Of a stretch of 64,000 nt of DNA, positions 50,456 to 63,310 are shown piece by piece; within the stretch, counting starts at the first letter, position 1, and every line of letters starts with the position of its first letter. The notes beneath the pieces were generated by a model. It had not been told where the DNA came from and did not search any database. It was given only the letters and a program-made list of their open reading frames with translations. The translations under genes and the position numbers were made by a program. Source of the DNA: Lama glama (Eukaryota); contig CM052816.1 in assembly GCA_028534125.1 (NCBI GenBank), positions 47,308,001 through 47,372,000 on the forward strand, read 5' to 3'.

Positions 50456-51809
50456 GTTTAGCTAACTCTTCCTATGTAACTTTCACTCATGTGTCCTTGA
50501 TCCATGATTCTGAATTACATAGTGCTGAAGTCTAATTCTGTTTTCATGTGATGAATATAATACTTGAAGAACATTATCCCATCCTCCCTAGGTCTGTAGA
50601 CTCAACGTAACGAATTCCTCAGAAGATAAGATTTCAAGCTCTCTGGCCAGCTTGATTACTCTCCTGGGGCCCTGATTTACTTAGACTTCTTTATTTCCAT
50701 GAAGAAAGAGTTATCTGCATTGTATATTTTTCATAGAACTAGAAATGATACAAATCAGAAAATAATACCAGTGTTGAGTGCAATGAAAGGAAACATATGG
50801 TAAGGAGTGACCTGAAACTGCCTTAGAAATAATTTCCATAAGAACAGATTTTTCAGTGTATTCTTGTTCTTCAAATCACAGATCTCAGTTGTATAAGAGA
50901 TGAATCAATTTGTGTAATTTCTTACTCAGTAAGGTTTATCAATATCTGACAGTTGGAATCACCAAAGAGGAGAGGGGATCTTCCATTATAGCTAGGTAGA
51001 AGTACGTGTATTAATAGGTAATTTGTTTTGACAATTCTACAGCTGGTCTTCTAGTTAACATGGGGGCAAGGTAAGAAGCATGGCCAACTGGAGCAATTTG
51101 CTACAATCTGTAATATGGAGAATGGTTTTCAAAAACATTTATACCTTTGCATAAACACGTTCCCATAGACTTGAACAAAAATGCCTCTCATGGTTCTGGA
51201 TCAGCTAGCCAAGAGCATACAAGTTGTATACATAACATACTCAACTGGGTTTAAAGGAAGGAGAAGATAGAATTCTTGCCTTGAAACATTCATGTGCAAT
51301 TAAAGACTTTTAGATAATTGCCTTAGAAAACGTAACAGAAACCCAAAGAATTGAATAACCTCAGTGGTTTATATTAGGGCAGGGACCGGGTCTGTTTTGC
51401 CTACTGCTTTATCCTAGTACCGAGCATAGTGTTTGTCACACTTCATGTGCTCATGGTTTATTTTGTTGTTTTATTTTACTTTATCTTATTTTAATTTCTT
51501 GTGCTTGAATGGTGTAGGGATTTTAAAGCCTATTCTCCTGATTCAATGCTAAGTATACTGGACACTGGTAACAATTTTGATCAGTATCTATCTAACGTAA
51601 TGTGTAAATGGAGACTTAGCATTATTTAGTGGATCCAACTAGCTGGGAAGCTAGTCCAAAATTCTATTGATGTATTTGACAGTCTGAACAGATATAAATA
51701 AGTATATTAAAACCCCCTCTTTTGAATTTGGTGTCTCTAAAGCCATAGACATGCTCTAAACTGCTTGAGTAGTGTCTCTTACCAAAAGGAACTAATTATG
51801 GATATATAT

Positions 51810-53800
51810 TTCTAAACCCTTTATTTTGGATTATTTTTAGACTTATGGAAGAGTTGCAAAAGTAATATAAAACAGTTCCATATACCCTTCACCTACCTTT
51901 TCCCTAGTGTTAAGTTACCAGAACACAGTTGGAAGAATGAATAAATTAACATTTATACAATACTATTCACTAAATAAGAGACTGTGTTTGGATTTTACTG
52001 GTTTTCCCACTAATGTCCTTTTTTCTTCTGCAATCCAATCCAGAATCCCACATTGAATTTGGTTGTTTTATCACTTTAATGTCCTCCAGTCTGTGACAGT
52101 TCCTCAGTTTTCCCTTTAATCTCATGACCTTGAGACTTTTGAAGAGTTCTGGCCGGGTATATTTAGAGAATGTCCCTCAACTTGGGTTTGTGTGATGTTC
52201 TTTCACACTTATATTGAGGTTATACATTATTACCACAAAGGTGATATGTCCTTTTCAGTGCATCATACTAGGGTATATTACATAGATTTGTCTTGTTACT
52301 GGTGTTATTAATCTTGGTCACTTGGTTACGAAGGTGTCTGCCATGTTTCTCCACTGTAAAGTTACTGTTAGTTTCCTTGTAACTAACAAATATTTATTTT
52401 TTGAGGGTGGAATTTTGAAATTATGCAAATACTATTTAACTTTTAGCCATGAATTTTAGCATTCATCAGTGGAACCTGCCCACAGCAATTATTACTGTGG
52501 TGTTCTAATGGGTATTGTCCTTTTCTCTCTTTCCCTCATTCCTTGTACATTTATTCATTGTAAGTAGAGTTGTCCCTTCAGCTCCATTTATTTATAAATA
52601 TTTTTAAGTAGATAAGTATTTTATTTCATTTTATATTAAATTTTAAATTGAGATATAGTCAATTTACAATGTGTCAATTTCTGGTGTATAGCATAATAAT
52701 TCAGAAATATATGAATATACATATTCATTTTCATATTCTTTTTCACTGTAAGCTACTATAAGATATTGAATATATTTCCCTGTGCCATACAGTATAAACT
52801 TGTGGTAGATAAGTATTTTAAATCAAAGGTGCTTGTCTTATTCCTTGGATTATAAGGCAGTATTATTTTGTTCAACTTGTAGATTTGGTCATTTGGGATG
52901 CATTCATTTTTGTGCTTCTATCCTTTCTGTATGCCCCCATTCTTTCAGGTTTTTTTTGTCAGTACTACAAGACGCCTTAGGCTCATCTTGTATTTTACCT
53001 GCTCCAGTCTTGGAATCAACTACTTCTCCAAGGAGTCTTGGTTCTTTTTATTAGAAATGGTACTTAGAAACCAAGATCTGAATACTAAGTGTGCTAATTC
53101 CTTCTGGAATGTCACTGTTTCTAGGCTTTCTCAGCAGTCAGAGCTAGGAAATATATGTATGTATGGTTACCCATGCATATACACATCTGTATTTACCTTT
53201 TTATCTCTCTATCTGTATTTACATTTTAAAGAGAAGCATGAATTAATACTGATATGATATTTATATTGATAAATCCATACTGAAGAAAACTGAGTTCATT
53301 TTAACTGTTCTTTTTTTACATCTTATTTCTCTGACAGTGAGAAACTTAGCTCTTAACACTACAAATACATTTCTTACTTGTTCAACTCTTATTTATATAA
53401 AGTAGTTTTAGGATTACTAATCCATATCCTTATGAGAAAAAAACTTACCAACTCGAGTATAGAAGTACAATGTATGCGACAGTTCTTTTTATCTTTATTT
53501 TACCGTATCAATCAAAACACTATTTTCCAGAGTTACTCAGGTCAGCCCCTTTATTCTCTCCTTCCCTTTCAGTGTGGTTATGGGATTGATCCATTATATT
53601 ATTAGATTAATTGGTCACTTTGGATTCTCTCATGTCTTAGTTTATTTTTTAAAAAACGTTGCATACAGTAAAATTCACTGTGGAGTACAGTGCTGCGAGT
53701 TTGACAAATACGTAGTCATGTGTGTAACACTACAATTTTTACATAGTAGTTATCACTCCTAAAATTCCCTTGGGCTTCTCTTTTGTAGTCAATCCCCGAA
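51810..53800 (-). mobile_element. Ancient L1MC-type 3'UTR
   Basis: TTTATTTTGG...TTTAGACTTATGGAAGAGTTGCAAAAG...CATATACCCTTCACC and CATACAGTAAAATTCAC...GAGTTTGACAAAT. Confidence 0.75.
52624..52804 (-). mobile_element. Short lineage-specific L1 3' end nested in the L1MC, with 16-bp TSD
   Basis: TTGAGATATAGTCAATTTACAATGTG...TTCCCTGTGCCATACAG. Perfect TSD GTAGATAAGTATTTTA at 52608-52623 and 52805-52820. Confidence 0.9.
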
Positions 53801-54024
53801 TGTCTATTTTTACTTACTCTTAGTAAGTTAATTTTCTGGTATTCCTTCCTGCCCTCATTTTTTGCATTGTGTTTTTAGTGCTAAGCTGCTACTCAATGAG
53901 TGCTTGTTGAATAGTCTGTGCCCTAATAGCTAGTATAGGATTGGTACAGAAAAAAACTGAGTGACTCAATGGACATTTATATGACAAAGGTGACCTGAAA
54001 TGACACCTTTGTTTGGAGACCGAA

Positions 54025-54517
54025 CCACTTAACTATTGTTAATGCAGCACATCAAAACTCAGTGGCTTAAAACAATAAATTCGTTTGCTAAATTTGGCTT
54101 AGGCATCTGTGGGTTGACTGAATAGTTCTTCTGGTCTGGGCCCAGCCTGACAGATCGTGGTTGGGCTCATTCATGTACTGTAGTTAGCTAGCTGGTCAGC
54201 TGGAGTCTGGCTGGTTTAAGTTGGCCTCACTCACCTGTCTGGCTAGGCTTGGTTGGGCTTGTTTCCTATGCAGTGGCAGAGTTCCAAGAGAGTGAGTGAG
54301 TGGCGGTGTGTACAGCCTCTCAAGCCCTGGGCCCAGAACTCCACAGCATCCCTGCTGCTGCCCTCTGATGGCTAAGGCAAACTACAAGGCAAACTCAGAT
54401 TCAAGAGGTGGGACATAATCTCTATTTCTAGTTGGGAGGAGTTTTGGCATCAGATTGTCAAGGGCATGGTTACAAGGAGTGATGAATTGCAGCCACTTTT
54501 GCAATCAATCTATGCAA
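54025..54517 (-). mobile_element. MaLR LTR (MLT1G/H-like)
   Basis: CAAAACTCAGTGGCTTAAAACAATAA...CAAGGCAAACTCAGATTCAAGAGGTGGG...GCAGCCACTTTTGCAATC. Confidence 0.75.
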
Positions 54518-56299
54518 ATACATTTGGACACCTCTTAAATATTCTTAATGTAAATATTAAAGCCATCCTGCCCCCTACTGTTCACAATCTTGTGTGTGAA
54601 ATTTTTTCACCTTTTTTCCCTTTCCCCAGCATGCCTTTTTAAAAAAAATCTGATTCAGAAAAACTGAGTGACACTCAGAGACCAGAAATTGGCTTTTTCA
54701 AGGGATTCCTCAAGATTAGGAAAAGAATTTCCATTTGTTAGTCACACTTCCTCCTCTTTCCTTACTCCATTATTTCTGCACCTTTTTGTACACAGTTCTT
54801 TAAATCTAAATGCAGGAACTCGTTGAAGAAGAGCCAGTGGAAATAATCACCGCACATTCACATGTGATACAAGAAAACCTTCAGAAAACTGGGATCCTAA
54901 AACTGAACTATATGCTGACGATTTAAAGGTTTGATCTTATATCCTCTATTCTCCTATAGGCTTAATTACTTGTACACAATCACTTGTACAGATGGAATTA
55001 TATTGCATGATGTTGTTTCTGGTATTCCTCACAATCTATTTTCCTCATAGTCACTCCATTCCAATCAAAGTTTTCCATAACATTTCCTGCATGGTTTTCT
55101 CTTCACGGTCTTCACACCACTCCACTCCCAATGACAGCTTTCATTAGAGTGCAGTCAGTTTTGCTTTAATAATTATTCTAAGCATTGAACAGTGATGGCA
55201 GATGTATCAGGGCTGACATGTTCCATCAGTCTAGGATACTTGAAAAGGAATGGTTAAATTGGTGCCCCAAAGTTTGATTTTTGCTTCAATTCTTTTTGTT
55301 GGTTTAAGCAAACTGCTGGGTACAGATGTCTCAAAGTCCCCAGACAGCCTCCGGGAAATTCAGCACATCTTGAATAAAAATGTGTTGAAGAAAAGAAAAA
55401 AATACCCCGAGTCCAAACAGGTGCATCAGGCAATGCATTTAATGAAGTTGCTAAACTTTGATTGTGCAAAACAGGGCTTCAGTAGGAAAAAAAAAAAAAC
55501 CCAAACCAGGAAAGATGATAACTACATATGTGATTTGCAACCATTGCAATATATGTATATTGCTGTCTTTAGGGAACAGTGAATTATTCTAATAAATCCT
55601 ACATCTATTGTGGAGAAAGAAAATCTCTTTAACTATATTTAATAGTGTTAGTTTAGAGGCAAATGATATTAAAATGACTGAACATTTGGGAATAAAACCA
55701 AAAATACTCTACATGTAAAATCCTTTAGTCATTTGCTAAAAAGATAATTCTTCTTGTGATAAAACCACCCAGGAATTGTATCTTTTAGGAAATGAGGGGG
55801 GAGAAACAATTGAGGCAGCATGGTAGTCAGCTGACCAGAGCAGGGAGTTTTCCAGCTGGGCTCCAGGGATCCCTAGGGTGTCATGTCTCAGGGGCTGGCA
55901 TGTGGGGCTCACGCTGGTGAGGACCCACCCTAATGACTCTCCCCATTCCTATCCTCCACTGCCATCCTCAATTTAGGAGGGCAATGATAATTACATTTGT
56001 TTCATATATTAGGTTTGTTTCAAAAATTTCTTTAAAAAGAGAAAGGAAATTGCTATTCTCGACTATCAACAAAGCAAAACAAAAAAAAAAGAGCTGAAGT
56101 TACAGGCGGCCCTTTATCTACTGTGTCTAATATTCCATATTATAAAGGTGGATAAGTCCATGGGACAAGGCCAGGCACATGTAAGCCAGAATGTGACAGG
56201 AATGTGCATGTGTTAATAACACCTTCCACTCACACTTTTGAGTTGTCCCACTATCCAAAATATGGGTGACCATAAGTCAATGCACGTAGTTTTCATTTC

Positions 56300-57090
56300 T
56301 ACGTGATTCATTTGGTTCTTTAGAAAATATACTGGATCTTATTTTGATGCTATTTCTTTAACATTCTATATTCTGTGTAGTTCTATATCCAATGATAACA
56401 ATTATCTAACATTCATAGGAATCTAATTGTACTATTTGGTGTTTCTGCTGATTCTTTCTCATGGTACCTTACTTCTTCACATGCATCTTTGGATTGTGAG
56501 ATTATCTTTGGCTGGGCCAAATGTCTGGGAACCCAGTAAGGCCTGGTGAAGTTTGCACTTTCTTTGCCAAGCATCCCAGCATGTCAAGTCCACTGTAGAT
56601 TAATTTTCAGTCTGGAGTTTCTGGACTACACAGTTAGTATAAACTTGAACCTCAGACCTAAGTGAAGGAAGGGATGTAGTTACAAATTCTCCAGGAGAGA
56701 TTTTTTTTCCCCATTAGGAGGCAAAGTTGAAACAATTTTCTTCACTTTCTTTGTGGAAAGACTTTTTTTCTCCTGGTCCATCTTTTCACTAAGGATGTAA
56801 CCCTAATGGTGTCCAGACTTTCTGCTGAGGTTCTTAATTCTACTGCTTCAGTTTTGTAGGTCCAAGGTCATGTCTCCTGTCCCCGGAGTACCTCTTACGG
56901 TACAAGAGCAGCAAACACTCTCAGAACTATTGTAAATTCTGGTTTCCAACTTCTTTGTTTTGAGTCCCTGAGGACTTCTTACTTCTATGTGTATGTCAGT
57001 TCAGCTAAGCATTTAGAAGAACATTTGCTATCATATATGTGTTTTGTATTGGAAAGTTTTTAGGATGTCTTATGCCTGATATTTCCATCC
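56300..57090 (-). mobile_element. Ancient L1/HAL1-like fragment
   Basis: TGTTTCTGCTGATTCTTTCTCATGGTACCTTACTTCTT...TGGATTGTGAG decayed signature. Confidence 0.45.
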
Positions 57091-58394
57091 CATGGAAGTC
57101 AATCAAAATCTAGTAGCACTGTTTTAAAGATATTTAGAGAATGCAGGCATAGCACACTTAAAACTATATTTCTTAGGACTGTGATAAATATTGGACAACC
57201 ATAAAAAAAATCTTTATGCAGTCAATAGTTCATAGCTCCCAGGATGTTGAAATTTTAAGGACAGTAAAATTTTTAAAAATGTGAAACACAAAACACAAGA
57301 TAACTAACTAGATTTTGAGGACATTCAGCAACAAAAAGCAACTATCTACTGACATCTTCATTTCATAAAAGGAAGAATATTTTAACAGCAAAACTCTAGG
57401 AAGGATGAAATCTCAGAAATCTCGTCTGTGTAGTATCATGCCTTCTGTCTGTGTCTCTCTGTCTCTCAGACTAGTCCAAACTGTTTTCTTTCTAGTTTCC
57501 CATGGTGCAATGGTGAGGGGCGTCTAAGTTGTTCATAATCTTTTCTGCAGATGAGGTAGTAGAACCTTTTCCAAAACATTCTGACAAGGTAGTTCACTCA
57601 GGCACAAAATGTGTCACAGCTGCCTCTAGGATGCCCTGAAAATGCAGATCATGCAAATCAGCTTCATTTTACATCAGAGAGTGATGGCTAGAAAGGAGTC
57701 CTAGAGTTTATTGTTGGCCCTCTAGGTATATCTAGGTTTCTGTGACTTGACCCAGATAGCTAGGATTAGGTGATTTTGTCAAACACCCAAAGTGACCCTG
57801 TCACAGATCAGATCACAGATCTTTTGACATTCAACTAGAGGCTCTGAAGTAGGACAGTTTAAGAGTTAACATGTATTGATTAAGTCGTATGTTTCAGAGA
57901 GGATAGTAAAATTCTTATATAGATACGCCATTTAATCCTCACAACTCTTTTTGGTAGGTATTGTTTCCTCTTATGGGAAATCTAAGACAGATAATAACTT
58001 AAATAACTTGTACAAGAACACACACACAGAAAGCCTGGGATTGGGTGGTGGATACATGGGAGGAAGCTTTCTTAAACTCTGTTCTTGCTTCACCTGCCTG
58101 TGGCGAATCACTTCCTTCCATGGCTGGGATCTGTGGCAGTAGCCCTGTCACCGGTGCACGGTTCTGGTGCGTTTAAAACTTCCTACTGTGCTGAGGAGTC
58201 GATGAAAACGGGTGCTGGCTCTTGACCACTGCAGCCATTCAGTCTTCCTCTCTTTCCCCTCAAATGCCTGGTATTCAGTCCTCCCCCATGGATGCTGTCA
58301 GACAGAGGAAATGCTGTACCCAGGGGTGCGTGAGCTCGCAAGTGAAAGTAACTAGATGCCCGTGGAGTACAGCTCACAAAAAAAGATGATGGCG

Positions 58395-58833
58395 GCCGCT
58401 GTCAGCTTTCTACAATATTAATTCTCCCTTCTTGCTGGGTTAGACAGCCAAGCCTCCCTTTTAGTTAGGAGTGGCCGTGAGATTAAGTTTTCACCACTGT
58501 GATGTAAGCAGAAATGACATATGCTATTTCCACTCTTGAGTCTGAAGGTGCTCGGCATGCTTCCTGTGGGCTTCCATGCCCCTTCCATTGCCTGGGACCC
58601 TGACTTGGTGACGACCCATACTCAACCATACAGATGGTTCCAGTGAGCTGGGACGGCTGGGCAGCACAGTGTGGGGAATCTGGTGTCCGAATGATCGTGT
58701 GGGGCAGAGCTCTCCTGCTGACTGTGGCTTTTCCCAGACCTGTTAAAGGGGAAAAATAAGAGTCTATGTTCCTTAAGTTTCTGCATTGTTGGGTCTTCCT
58801 GAAATAGCAGTTTAGCCATATACTAAACTAATA
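58395..58833 (+). mobile_element. Old LTR (MLT1/LTR16-like)
   Basis: GCCTCCCTTTTAGTTAGGAGTGGCCGTGAGATTAAG...GATGTAAGCAGAAATGAC...CAGTTTAGCCATATACTAAACTAATATA. Confidence 0.6.
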
Positions 58834-59789
58834 TAAAAACAAACTGTATAATATGTATCCGACATGATCTAAGACAATATTGAAGCAGAATTGTCATGAA
58901 TTTAACAGAAGGATGGTAAAATACCCCTGAGGAGATAAGGGAAGAGGGTCAAAAGGAAATAAGAAGAAATGATAACAAGGTGGAGATGTAAGTATCAAAG
59001 TGAGTTGCTTTTTCACCCTTCTGCTTTCTCTGGAAGTCAGAAGTCACGTGTACCGACTGAGTCACAAGTACCTCTCATCTGTCCTCTCTTCCTTTCTCAG
59101 CTTGTTGACATCTTTGTCTGCTGTCATTTCCTCTCCTGTTTGTCCTTGTGCGTTCTTGTCTTTCATATTCCTCTGCTGTCATTTTAGGAGGAAATATAGT
59201 CAAACATGCTCATGTTCTGTGTTTAATGGGAAGGCTCAGGCTCTTCATACAGATCTTGTTTTTTGGATCGTAAATGCTTTCTACAGGTTTGCATTTTTCA
59301 TAATGTAAACTAATTTTATACAATGGAAAATTTATAAATATCTGTTAGAAATTAGGAAAAGGTTAAGTAATCTATAGTATCCACATGTTAGAATATTACA
59401 TGGTTATTAGAAATGATGTTTATGGCTTTTAATGACAAGAAAATACTCATGTTACAATGTTAATTTAAAAAACTTATACAAAATTGTGTGTGCGTTATAT
59501 AAGTCTAGTATGCATAACATAAAACATGCACAGGATAAAGATCAGTAGAAAATCTGACAAACTATTTCGTTATATCTAGGAGCTGGGGTTACCATTCTCT
59601 AGCATCTTCTGATTTTTCTCAAATTTTCATTACTCTGCTGAACAAACAAATATGAATCAATTGTTCTTTGAATTTACTCATAGCTTTTTAAAAGAGCTTC
59701 TTGGATGGTTTACCTCTATTAAAATTTTGTGGATAAATTATATATTTTTCTTTGACCTGTTAAACTCTCTGTAGCTCTATGATAATCAG

Positions 59790-59999
59790 CAGAGGTTGGT
59801 CAGTTACCTCCTCCAGGACAAATGTGGCTTTTCCTGTTTCTGTAAAGTTTCACTGGAAGCCAGCCGCACACATTCACTTACATGTTGTCCCTGGCTGCTT
59901 TCATGCTAAAGCGGCAGATTGAGTAGTTGTGACAGAGATTACATAGCCTCCAAGACCTAAACTATTTACTCTCTGACTCCAAAAGTTTGCTGATTCCTA
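59790..59999. mobile_element. MER58A-like hAT-Charlie MITE
   Basis: CAGAGGTTGG...TAAAGTTTCACTGGAA...GGCTGCTTTCATGCTA...GAGTAGTTGTGACAGAGA...AAAGTTTGCTGATTCCT. Confidence 0.8.
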
Positions 60000-61789
60000 G
60001 TAGAGAGGAAGAATTGCTTTGTCATGTCTTACACATAATATATGCGCCTGTTCTAAAGCATCTTGCTAGAGGTCTGCTAAGATGAGCCGATATTTTCTCT
60101 CACAATGCTACAATGGATTATTCTTAATAATTTGAAAAGAATTCAAATTATTATTCAATTATTCTTAATAATTTGAAAGCATTTCAATTTAAATCAATTC
60201 AGCAAATATTTAGAGAAGCCCCACTGTGAACTGAGATGTTGAACTAACCATAATGGTAGATGGGGTAAAAGTGAAATGAAACAAAAATGATTATTTTCTA
60301 GCTATAAAATGTTCAGTCTCTAATTCTGGGAGAGTTGATGATCTGACTTTATCATTTAGATTCCCAAGGTATCGAGTCCTGGTTGATCTGTATTCTTTTA
60401 TGAATGGAAAGAGTGGATTTGCATGCTGAACACAAACTCCTGCACTGATAGAACTTCTGCCCATGCATCTAGGCAGTGGTCTGCATGCTGTCATCAGCAG
60501 AACGCTTTCTGAACAGTCCATCCCACTTTCTCCAAATTACTCTCCTAATGACTTTCCAGGGGTATCTCCTTTCTGGCTGAAACTTCCCACCAGTCGAAAC
60601 CTAATGAATGAACTATTATTGCTGTAATGCTGTAGGAGGGCAGAGACCCACCTGCTTTGCTCCCAATTGTCTTCCTCGTACCTTATAATGTGACTTCTAA
60701 GAATAGTAGGTGATTGAATAATACTTGACTAACAAAAACATACATAAAGAAATGAATGAAAGGACCCGGCTAGTCCTCGTCTTTGAGCATGCTACTGCAA
60801 CGTAGATGTGATTAAGGAGCTGATACTGGGCTGGTACAGAAGGCCTTGCTGGGGGGGAAAAAAAAAAGAGTCAAATGGAAGACAAAGTGACTATTTCATA
60901 TTTTTTTTTCCCAAAGTGAACCTGTATATAAAAGCTCCTATGGTCAGCTCAATGTAACAATGATTATTAATTCAACTAACACTGGTATTTGTATGGTGCT
61001 TAAAGTTTCCCAATAATGACAACCTCATTTGCTTTTGTGATTTTAATGAAAGACAAACTGAACTCAGTTTACTCACTTCAGCAGACATCTCAAAGTATCT
61101 ACCATATGGAATTCCAAATGCAAATTTGGAAAAGATCTCAGAGACTTTCATTTCTTGGTTTACTTCCAGGAGGAAAAAATCTTAAGCCATTAGTTTCCAG
61201 AATAAGCAAAAGATTGCGACTTTGGAAGCAATTCCAGTTTGTCTTTTAGCAGGACTGCAGACAAAATCACCACATTAGGAGATGGTTTTACCCAGATTTC
61301 AAAGGCTATTGGCTTGCTTTGTATTCCTCTCAGTCTGGTGTAGAACTACTGCTGTTGAGATTTGGCTGAGGTTCCTTAACTAAGCTCCGATTGTGTTGTG
61401 ACCATTTTTTCACATTGTAGCTGGCTTTGTACAGCTGGTTGACTTGGTCTGACACTAACCTTTTTCTGCAAGAGCCCAAAATCAACACATATTTTAAAAA
61501 ATAGAGAAATGAAATTATAAATTAAACAATTTCTTCTGCTACATAATGAAGAGATCTCAGAAATTAGCTTATTCAAGTCATTCCTGGTAATAGCGCCCTG
61601 ATAGGGAATCACCTAGGTTGGGTTTGATTTAAGTTTACAAATTCTTGAGAACCTGCTGTGGCCAGATGCTTTGATGGACCATTATTTCATTTATAAATCT
61701 TGTAATAGAAAACTTCTTACATCATAAGAGAGCCTGTTTTATACTCTGAGCACTCTGTTAAAAACTTATACTCTGTGTGGTGTATTAAT

Positions 61790-61950
61790 ATACACCTTCT
61801 TGCAAATCTCCATCATTGCTCCTGGTTCCAATAAGCTGAATTCTTCTGCTAAATGGCAGACATTCATATAGTTGAAGACAGCTACCATGTCACCTATGAA
61901 TCCTGAATAATCCCAAAGTCTGGGGCTCCCTAGAACAATTTGAAAACCAG
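61790..61950 (-). mobile_element. CR1/L3 3' fragment
   Basis: Minus strand reads GGTGACATGGTAGCTGTCTTCAACTATATGAA (GDMVAVFNYM), matching the CR1 ORF2 C-terminus. Confidence 0.6.
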
Positions 61951-63149
61951 TATGGAATGGATATATTGAATTGTACATTTTCATTTTTTTCACATATTAA
62001 ATGAATGTCTTTTGTAGCAAAAGGCTTGATGGTTTAAATGAAAAAAAATTCTGATATTCTGGAAACAAATGCTGTTATCAAACGTTCAGCCATTTTAAGC
62101 ATCAGTAGGTAGGTTTAGCAGCATGTAAACCAGATATTATACCATGTATGTCAAATTCTATTTTATGACCCTTGTTTATGATTATTATGTGAAATCTGAG
62201 AAAGGCCTTGAATTGTCACTGACCCTAATGATCTCCTTTTTTTTCTCTCTCTTTTAATTAAAAAAAAATACGTTGGAGCAGTAAAATCAAGTTTTTCCAT
62301 CATTATGGCTACAGGGAATGATAAAATGTGATCATGCTTAACTCTGGGAAAGGAAGGAAGGGTATTCAAATAGGGCTGGTGATTCCTCTTGCTCTTCCAC
62401 AGCCGGTGCATGTTAGGTGTGAATTTGCTGTCCTCCCTGTGGTCCACAGTAATCTCATAACTCATAATTATAAGTCTAGTAGTTAAATATGTATATATAT
62501 ATATATTTTTTCCAACAACATGATCCTAAACACACATCAGCTTCGTCATCTGGTCTTTAACTGAGGAAACCACCATTGGAGTCAGTGCAAGGAAGGGGTG
62601 CACCTGTGTTGGGCTCACTGCGATGTCACCAGACTCTTCTGTGTCATTAATTTGTGGAATATTTTTTCCTTAGTTGTGACTGTATTTCCTCTTTGTTTTG
62701 ATTTTAAAACTTATCCACAATTAGATAAGCTTTAGCCTAAAGGCTAATGGTTTTTTCCTCCTTAAATGAATAGTTAGGGAAGCAATACCTAAAGCACTCT
62801 ATTGAGGTGGGGGAAACTTTGAATAGAGATCCATGGAAAGGATGCGACAAGCACTGAATTGGCTGTTGAATAATTGTTAGCCAGACAGAGAAGTGGAAAT
62901 GCAAGTATTAAAAGCCCATTCAAATCAAAGGAAGAGTTTTGACTTAAACTTAACATGTAAGAATAGCTAGACGTTTGGCTGTTTCTACAAAGATGTGGAA
63001 ACATGGATCAGTGGAAATCTCAGCATGTTTCTCAGGTTACTCTCCACGGGACTAGAGCTGGCAGATAGAGGCTTCAAGAAGCAGTATGCCAAGGTGCCTG
63101 CTTCAGGAAGGTTAGATGGAAGATAATAAAAATGTGCTACCCTAAGGGT

Positions 63150-63310
63150 CCAGCAAGTAGTTTTCTATTCTTAGTTTCTTCACTTGGGCGAGTCATTCTA
63201 AGGTCTCTCCTTGCTTTCCTTTTCCCTCTTTACAATGGGTCAAATGGTACCTACTTCACAGAGATCATTAGGGATTAACTGCAGAGAGTTTCAGGATTCC
63301 TTAGAAAAGA
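63150..63310 (+). mobile_element. MIR fragment
   Basis: CTTGGGCGAGTCATT...TTTCCCTCTTTACAATGGG...GTACCTACTTCACAGAG. Confidence 0.6.

Noticed and set aside
57552..57570. let-7-like seed TGAGGTAGTAGAACC
   Set aside because: Only the first 11 nt match, and no complementary arm is nearby.
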